Origin: Octopus sinensis
Taxonomy: Eukaryota
Reading direction: 5' to 3'
Assembly: GCF_006345805.1 (NCBI RefSeq)
Contig: NC_043012.1
Coordinates: forward strand, 19,220,001-19,284,000
Length of the DNA stretch: 64,000 nucleotides
Under the pieces are notes generated by a model that made no database searches, was not told the DNA's origin, and was given only the letters and a program-made list of their open reading frames with translations. Shown here one piece after another: positions 55,592-64,000 of this stretch. The first letter of the stretch is position 1, and every line of letters begins with the position of its first letter. Position numbers and translations under genes: made by a program.

Positions 55592-57111
55592 CTTTTTCCG
55601 GAGGCACAGCCTCTTCCGCTCCCGGTTTAATGCTCAGTAGGAATAATTATAGTAGTAATAATGATATGAGAGCCAGTACAGTGACACATAATCTCAGCTC
55701 CAGCCAGGGAGTACCCACTAGGGGTATAGTTATAAATAGGGGTGTTGTGGTTGACGGTAACAATGGGAGTAGGTAGAGAGCCCCAATAGCATCCCCAGCA
55801 TCATTTCCGCAATAGCAGCACCACGGGCAGTAGCAATGACAGCACTCTGATAGATAGTGGAGAATCAGGGGTTATTCCTATAGTTAATAGTGACGTAGTG
55901 GAAAATAGAGTAGTAAGCGGCTGCAGGTCTCGGAACGAATATAGTGACAGGAACGCAGTTCTAATTTCAGAACTAATCCTAGCAGAATAAGATTCACGTC
56001 GGCGAACTCCAAGATCAAAAACGCCTCTACCAATGCAAGGTTTACACGGACTCAGATGTCTTCACTATGTAGGGGCATCATCCTCAAGATTGTCTTGCGT
56101 GTCTCCAACCATTATGCAACTTTTCGGGACATGAACAAGCGCCAGACCACGGGACTCAGTAGCTAATATGGCGCCTGAAGGATACGAACTTAAGCTACAG
56201 GCTGGAATGGTCCAATTTTGTCGGTGGCCTCCCATTTGATAGGGGCGAGGGCCAAGTGCAACCTTTGTGTCTCCGAACTCTTCATATTTTGTTTGCCAGA
56301 GGCCGGATGGTAAACGGGCTTTTACAGTCGGCTTTTCGATGCCCCCTTGGCGGCGTTACACTTATCTGGCTTTTAAATAGCGTTTATAAATAATACCGGC
56401 ACCCATAGCCCGTGGTAACAAATTCTGAAAAAAGCCTTTAAGATATCTACGATTAACCACTGCAAGGGAATTACTCCTGTAAGACAAACGGGGCTTGGTT
56501 TTTTTCACAGCGGGGGGTTTCCTTGACAAGGCAGGCTTAGATGAACACATACACACACAAAACATAATATAATAGATTTTTTTGTGCCACCCAACGGTTC
56601 TCACGGCAGTAGCCACTGACCGCCGAACGATCAAAACGCACACACGTACACAAAAATGTTTCCTACCCCTACGCCAACACACACATATATAGAACAGTAT
56701 ACACACACACGTCACTCTAAGTAGATTTTTTCTCGCCCCTTATAAAACATCCAATATTCCTTAAATAGTCAGAACTTTATTCTCGGTCACAAAGAACATC
56801 TACACACCCTCACCCACAGATTGACCGATGCCTGACCCGTTGAATTCTTAAGCCACCGGTTCTCAACATACACTGATAAACAGTTTCGCCATGGGCTCTT
56901 AGGAGCATAGTTCGATTTTTTTTTGCTCCGCCTCTGTTCTGTTTTTGTTTTTCCAACGGATTTCCTATTTTCTTCCTGAAGAGAAAGACACAATATGGTC
57001 CCATTATTCAATCGGATTTTGGTAATTTGTGCCTTTCGAAACACGTGTAGAATGAAATAAAACGATTTCTGTTCAATCTGCGTTCAGCTCCATTCTTCAA
57101 TTCACCAATAA
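55590..57111 (+). mobile_element. Penelope-like element, sense 5'-truncated copy (linker, GIY-YIG, pseudo-LTR)
   Basis: A Ser/Asn-rich coding-like spacer leads into a frameshifted GIY-YIG copy (about 56004-56372). About 740 nt of non-coding terminus follow and contain the hammerhead. Confidence 0.85.
56966..57059 (+). ncRNA. Minimal type I hammerhead ribozyme
   Basis: Stem I tattttcttc/gaatgaaata; CUGAAGA at 56976-56982; stem II gaaagacacaa/ttgtgcctttc (10 of 11 paired); GAAAC at 57038-57042; palindromic loop ACGT; GUA cleavage triplet at 57047-57049. Confidence 0.85.
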
Positions 57112-57262
57112 TGTTTTAATTTCAATTATCCGCACCAACGCACGGTTGCAACACCATATGGTTGTACCTCCAACCGTGCTGTTTACTGCTGTGATTTTTG
57201 CTACTAAGGTATCGGTTTAAACTTTTGATTAATCTACTACAAGATTATTCATCTTTCTATTT

Positions 57263-57324
<62 letters not shown>

Positions 57325-57723
57325 ATATCTTACTTTATAATAGGCACACCCGTGTGTGCATTCGCTTTATGAGTGCAATTCAAGATGTAGTTTGGTTCTG
57401 TTCTACTAAAACAACAAGGACAGAATTTTAAAGGGCGTCTGTCAGTGTAAATTAGTATTCTAGTTTTGTATTCAAATATTTCTTTCTCTCGACTAAAGAA
57501 AAGTAGTTAAGGATATTCCTCTTGCCTTAACATTCAACAACTACGATATGTATTCACTGGAAAACAAAAGAGATATTCATTTTTAATAGATATATAGATG
57601 ACTGTTTCTTGCTTCCAGACATACGTAAACATGCACATGTTCAAGAGAGGTGAAGTTATTTGAAAACATAGTTGGGTGACTTAGATGAGAGGGCGAAAGA
57701 AAGACAGAGAGAGATGGATGTAA

Positions 57724-57756
<33 letters not shown>

Positions 57757-58452
57757 CAGAGAAACGTTCATTTATCAAATCAATTTGTGGAGAAGTTTCC
57801 ATGATTGTACCACGTACATTAAGTTCGTGATGTTGACATATGTTTCTCTTATACAGTGTACACATGTACTGTATGGTAGCAACGTGATGAGAGTTACAGC
57901 AACGTGATGAGAGCAGACTACTTGAAAGTGTTGCAAATCTGAGATATCCGAATGTGTGGGATGTGGAAAGCTATGACTAGAAATATCATTTATATTTTTA
58001 ATCTCTGTCAAGTGAGATACACATTCAAACACCGAATATAGATGTAGAATTTAATTACGACTGTGATTATTATTCGACAAATCAATGCATTTGCATTTTA
58101 AGCATTGTTCGAAGTTACGCTGGTTTGAAATAGTCTATTTAGTTAGTTATCGATAGACAAGACGTTGATAGATATATATTTTTGTTTCATTTATTTATTT
58201 ATTTATTTGCTTTTCGAAATTGTGTATGTAGATAATGAAATCTGGCATGTGGAGGGGGGTACTATATACTTTGAAAATACAGAGTAGTAATCAATTCATT
58301 GAGAGTGACAGCATAATATCTATCAAAACTTTGCAATCATTAATATGGTTGTATAATCAGAAAGTATGATGAAAGATGATTATATATACATATAATAATC
58401 TAGATGATATATATATATATGTGTGTATATATATATGTATGTATATATATAT

Positions 58453-58526
<74 letters not shown>

Positions 58527-59349
58527 GCATATATAAATATACATATATGTACATACTTACATATATAAGTATATACATATGCATATATGGGTATTGGACG
58601 TCATAAAATGTAAACAACAAGAAAAACGAAAAAACATCAAATACGAAATACAAAAACATGGAATACGAGCATTTTTTGCGTATAACGGATGAAACAAATA
58701 GAAAACAATATAAAGTACGACCCTTCATCAGTTGCCGGCTGTTTATCTACACCACATTTCGAGCAACTACAAGATGTACCTTCGAGGAAAAGATTACTCC
58801 CCCGAAGCAAAATAAAATTTGGGATTTGCGGAGAGTCAAAGTTGGTAACAAAAGCAGGACAGTGAAAACAAACAGTAACGGCTGCTAAGTCATAACAAGA
58901 TGAGGGGGGAAGCTTTGACAGGGGAAAAGATAGGAGAGGCGACAGACAAGAATGCGTCTGATCTGCATGGCAGACCAAAAGGAGAGAAAGAAGCTCAACT
59001 TAGGAAAAGAAAGATGGCCGATGATCATGTATGAGAAGCGAGAGAGTAAAGGAAGAAGAGTGACAAAGGAAGAGGGACAGAAACGGGACAGTGAAGGGGA
59101 GAGGAAAAGAATTCGAGAAAGGATGGGAGAGAGAAAAAAACAAAGGAGAAGATGGGGAGACAAACAGAATGAGAGAAAAGGAGAGGAAACGAAAGGGGAG
59201 AGGGAAAGAGAACAGTACAAGATAGAGTCGCATCGGAATTATTAAGATGAACTTATTTGAAATGGATGCGTAGCGTTCAATCATATAATAATGTAAATAA
59301 TATACATATGTATATATGTATATATGTATATATGTATATAAGTATATAT

Positions 59350-59682
59350 GGCATCTTGGGCATGTGTCTTCTGCTATAGCCCCGGGCCGACCAATGCCTT
59401 GTGAGTGGATTTGGTAGACGGAAACTGAAAAGAAGCCTGTCGTATATATGTATATATATATGTATGTGTGTGTGTGTGTGTAAGTCTGTGTTTGTCCCCT
59501 TAGCATTGTTTGACAACCGATGCTGGTGTGTTTAAGTCCCCGTCGCTTAGCGGTTCGGCGAAAGTGACCGAAAGAATAAGTACTGGGCTTACAAAGAATA
59601 AGTCCCGGGGTCGATTTGCTCGACTAAAGGCTGTGCTCCAGCATGGCCGCAGTCAAATGACTGAAACAAGTAAAAGTAAAAG
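59350..59682 (+). mobile_element. SINE A, 5'-truncated, well conserved
   Basis: ggcatcttgggcatgtgtctt through ctccagcatggccgcagtcaaatgactgaaacaagtaaaag. Confidence 0.88.
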
Positions 59683-59726
<44 letters not shown>

Positions 59727-59749
59727 TGTGTCTATGTGTGTGTGTGTGT

Positions 59750-60303
59750 GTGTATGAAAGAAGGTTTGAAAATACTATTTTAAAGACTTTTTTCAAGTTT
59801 TTAGAAAAAGATAGTCAAAAGTAAAATGTAAAGATTTGTGTGAGGTTTGTTGTGTTAAGTACCTGTTATGACAAAAGTATTAAAATACATATATACATTC
59901 TTTGATAATAATAATAAGTAAATGTTAAAAACAGTATACAAGAAAGTATTTAAGAAAGTAATGAGAACGGGACTCAAAAAAGTATTATGAGTTCTATAAA
60001 GATCAAGTTTATTTGGTAGTATATATATATATATATAAATACAGAAGGAGATATATTTAAGAATTTACAAAAAGTTGTAGAGGGAAAATTGATCTGTCTT
60101 TCTGGTATTTCGTTGACTGGGTAGCTAAGGAATGTTTGCTAGTTTGAGGGACAGTGTGGGAGGTTGGTTGGGGGGGGAGGGAAGAGCAATTTGAAATCAA
60201 GAGGATTGTTTTCTGTTTCTAGGCTAGTCTGTCATGGTTCAGTGGGTTTTGGACTGGTCTTACAGGTCAGAATGGTGAGAGTGTGTGTGTCTGTGCACGT
60301 CTC

Positions 60304-60364
<61 letters not shown>

Positions 60365-60470
60365 GTGCTTTTGTTTTATATTTGGTAGGATGGTGTGTGG
60401 TGTATTTATGTAAGATTGTATGTGTGTATGTGTGTGATTAGTATTTGTCAGGGTGTTGTGTGTGCGCATG
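59750..60470 (-). repeat. Unclassified interspersed repeat, copy 2
   Basis: Homologous to 49370-50210; see that entry. Confidence 0.75.
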
Positions 60471-60513
60471 TGTGTGGATGTGCTTGATCGCGTGTGTGTG
60501 TGTGTGTGCGCGC

Positions 60514-60590
60514 GTCGACCTCAGCGGAATTTAAACTCAGAACATGAAGACAGACAAAATACCACTAACGATTATGCCAGCTAGCCGCAT
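60514..60590 (-). mobile_element. SINE B 5' fragment
   Basis: The minus strand reads gcggctagctggcataatcgttag...gttctgagtttaaattccgctgaggtcgac. Confidence 0.7.
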
Positions 60591-60596
60591 TCTTAA

Positions 60597-61676
60597 TATT
60601 CTTTACTACACTAGGCACAAGGCCCGAAGGGGGCCAGTCGATTAGAGTGACTTAATTTATCGATCCCATAAGGATGAAAGGCAATGTCGGCTTCGGCAGA
60701 ATTTGAACTCAGAACGTAACTGCAGACGAATACCTATTTCTTTACTACCCACAAGGTGCTAAACACAGAGAGAACAAACAAGGACAGACAAACGGATTAA
60801 GTCGATTATATCGATCCCAGTGCGAAACTGGTACTTATTTAATCGACACCGAAAGGATGAAAGGTAAAGTCGACCTCAGCGGAATTTGAAATCAGAACGT
60901 AGCGGCAGACAAAATACCTATTTCTTTACTACCCAGAAGGGGCTAAACACAGAGAGGACAAACAAGAACAGACAGACGGGTTAAGTCGATTATATCGATC
61001 CCAGTGCATAACTGGTACTTATTTAATCGACACCGAAAGGATTAAAGGCAACGTCGACCTCGGCGGAATTTGAACTCAGAACGTAGCGGCAGACAAAATA
61101 CCTATTTCTTTACTACCCAGAAGGGGCTAAACACAGAGAGGACAAACAAGGACAGACAGACTGGTTAAGTCGATTATATCGATCTCAGTGCATAACTGGT
61201 ACTTATTTAATCGACACCGAAAGGATTAAAGGCAACGTCGACCTCGGCGGAATTTGAACTCAGAACGTAGCGGCAGACGAAATACATATTTCTTTACTAC
61301 CCAGAAGGGGCTAAACACAGAGAGGACAAACAAGAACAGACAGACGGGTTAAGTCGATTATATCGATCCCAGTGCATAACTGGTACTTATTTAATCGACC
61401 CCGAAAGGATGAAAGGCAAAGTCAGCCTTGGCGGAATTTAAACTCAGAACGTAGCGGCAGCCGAAATACCTATTTCTTTACTACCCACAAGGTGCTAAAC
61501 ACAGAGAGGACAAACAAGGACAGACAAACGTATCAAGTCGATTATATCGATCCCAGTGTGTAACTGGTACTTATTTAATCGACACCGAAAGGATGAAAGG
61601 TAAAGCCAGAACGTCAGACGAAATACCGCTTAGCATTTCGCCCGGCGTGCTAACGGAGCTGCCAGCTCACCGCCTT
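60597..61676 (-). repeat. SINE B multimer: head, five 184-bp [core+tail 2] units, terminal [core+tail 1]
   Basis: tcgatc recurs at 60811, 60995, 61179, 61363 and 61547, an exact 184-bp period. The single head is at about 61625-61676. Confidence 0.92.
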
Positions 61677-61700
61677 CGAATATATTATATATTACAAAGA

Positions 61701-62090
61701 GGAGGCGCAATGGCCCAGTGGTTACGGCAGCAGACTTGCAGTCATAGGATCGCGGTTTCGATTCCCAGACCGGGCGTTGTGAGTGTTTATTGAGCGAAAA
61801 CACCTAAAGCTCCACGCGGCTCCGGCAGGGGATGGTGGTGATCCCTGCTGTACTCTTTCACCACAACTTTCTCTCACTCTTACTTCCTGTTTCTGTTGTA
61901 CCTGTATTTCAAAGGGCCGGCCTTGTCACTCTCTCTGTCACGCTGAATATCCCCGAGAACTACGTTAAGGGTACACGTGTCTGTGGAGTGCTCAGCCACT
62001 TACACGTTAATTTCACGAGCAGGCTGTTCCGTTGATTCGGATCAACCGGAACCCTCGTCGTCGTAACCGACGGAGTGCTTCCATCCATCC
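61701..62090 (+). mobile_element. SINE C, full length with a perfect 12-bp TSD
   Basis: atattacaaaga at 61689-61700 and 62091-62102, A and B boxes, and a (tcca)n tail. Confidence 0.92.
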
Positions 62091-64000
62091 ATATTACAAA
62101 GAATAAACAGCTGCACGAGGTACGTAATTGACGTTTATTATAAATTCACAAGAATTAATGTAAATCAATGCATATTCTACAAATAAAAATTAATGAAGCT
62201 GTTCAGAAACGTTCTTCAATATGTTCTCAGAAGTGGATATTACTCGTAACTAGCTATGACATTTTTGCATTTATGAATCAGCCAGAATCTATATGTATAA
62301 TTAGTATAAAAATTAGAGTAATGCTACGTCTAATTTGAAATATACATGCTTTTTTAACATAGATGCAAAAGCAGATACAGTATATTGATATCTTTTAACT
62401 GCTTAGCTTTCAAGTTGCTAATTGCAACAACGCTAACCTGCGCTAAACGCTTTTAACTGTACCAGGTGGAACTTATGCAACGTTTCTATGAAACGGTCAA
62501 TATGTTGAGGATTTTTTTTTCTTTTCCAGCAAATAATTTTAATGTTTATATGTGTGTGTCTGTGCGTATGCATGTATGTTTATGTATACATGTAAGCATG
62601 TATGTGTATATATAATATATATATATATATACGAGAAAGAAGCAACAAGAATGGTTTATTTTTTAGTACAATTGTTTCATACAAAGACATGCTTTATTAC
62701 AAGTTGCAAAAATTGCAGCAGATATATATATATACGTATGTATCTGTGTATGTGTCTATGTGAACATGCTTGAATGTATGTGTGTGTGTGTGTATGTGTG
62801 TATGCATCAATGTATCTATATATTTATGTTAATATGGTCAAAATGTATGTATAAATATCTACATATGCTGTAATGATATATTCAGATAGTTTGTCTTTAT
62901 AGGGAAGTCATGAACAGGATAAGATTAATACACAACTTCCGAAATATGTCATAAAGTGACTGCAATATTGGCTAAACAATGCAACAGACAAAATATGATT
63001 GACAGGATTTTTGCCGATTCCTAATACTTACAACATTCATTCAAGATTTAGCAGTACACCGTACGGCAGATATTTGAAGCGACATTTTGTAATCTTTCTA
63101 TTGAAATTAAAGAAAACGAAGCGTTCTCATAGAGTAAGTCTGAAACAGTAATAAGTGGAAGAGAAATTTAGGGTGTAGTATTAGGATGAAATCGAAATGC
63201 CAAGTTAACATTTAATAACAGTAGCGGGAATTTGCCTTGGGCTTTTGGGTGTACCCTGTTTGTATTTGATTTAAATATTTCATTGTGTCCTCCTTTCTCA
63301 ACCAAGAAAACACTGTATATATTACGAGCTATACACATGATTTATTTCATTAATTAGTTTTCCTGTAACATTCTTATAATATCCCAGTGACTCAGCGAGA
63401 CAGATTTAATTCGTAAGAGGAGAAACATCAGTTAACCACCGAAGATCAATTGCTATTCCCTCTATTTAGAGTTGTATAAACTTACATTCGCACGCACGTA
63501 TATACACACGCGCAGGAATATATTTGTTTGCGTCTACGCCTATTATTTTATCGAGTCAGTACTAACGCCTGAATATTTATTGGAAGAACAGACAGACAAC
63601 TAGTCGCACACCTTCGGCTTTTGGCCTTTTATTTTTCGCAAATCGCTTGCATATATCCATCTACCTTTTGGTTAAACATCGTTGGACCAATCCACAAATT
63701 GGTTGTACAATGAAAAATGAAACAACATGATTGAAAGGTTGTTTGCTGGTTCCTAATTTGTGCAGTATTATGTAAAGGTTTAGCAGTATAACGTACGGGA
63801 GACATTTGAAGACGCTTTTTATAATCATACCAGGTACAACTATTGTTGCGACCCCTAGATTTCGATCGATGATCTCTGGGAAGGAGATAGATTTAAGGAA
63901 TCGTACCAATTGGGGGATGGATATAACTAATTGGTAGACGGATATAAGCAATCGTGTGAGTGTGTGGAGAGATATTTGCGTGTGTGTAACGCATTTTATT

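Noticed and set aside
58715-58770. CUGAUGA and cGAAA on the minus strand as a permuted hammerhead
   Set aside because: GAAA precedes CUGAUGA, and stems I and II do not pair convincingly in that topology.
60597-61676. Regular array as a possible CRISPR
   Set aside because: Whole 184-bp units repeat with no unique spacers, there are no cas genes, and the unit derives from a SINE.
63660-64000. Possible very old Penelope RT piece on the minus strand (IYLLPRDH...GR.IVV)
   Set aside because: Only a weak match needing a stop and a frameshift; not enough to call.

Overview
An AT-rich eukaryotic window dominated by repeats. I found no host protein-coding exon, rRNA, true tRNA or CRISPR array that I can support. 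The mix of long (TA)n, (CA)n, (TAA)n and (ACT)n microsatellites, three tRNA-derived SINE families and these LINE types suggests a coleoid cephalopod, probably Octopus (inference, not tested). Retroelement remains: two RTE reverse-transcriptase (RT) remnants, an L1/Tx1 ORF1-only element, a Tx1 RT remnant, two fused R4/Dong-type fragments and several Penelope-like pieces. DNA transposon remains: a full-length decayed irritans-like mariner, an internally deleted mellifera-like mariner, a Tc1 remnant, a maT-like remnant and a MITE. Main points of interest: (1) a young Penelope insertion with a 1.1 kb inverted arm whose terminus carries a complete minimal type I hammerhead ribozyme; (2) a SINE family that forms 184-bp head-less multimers with the same junction at two loci; (3) a Tx1-like ORF1-only element inserted into the tRNA-like head of a SINE with a 9-bp target-site duplication (TSD); (4) a fold-back SINE palindrome centred on a TA run. 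All alignments and translations were done by eye, so many boundaries are approximate. Family names come from remembered motifs, not database searches.
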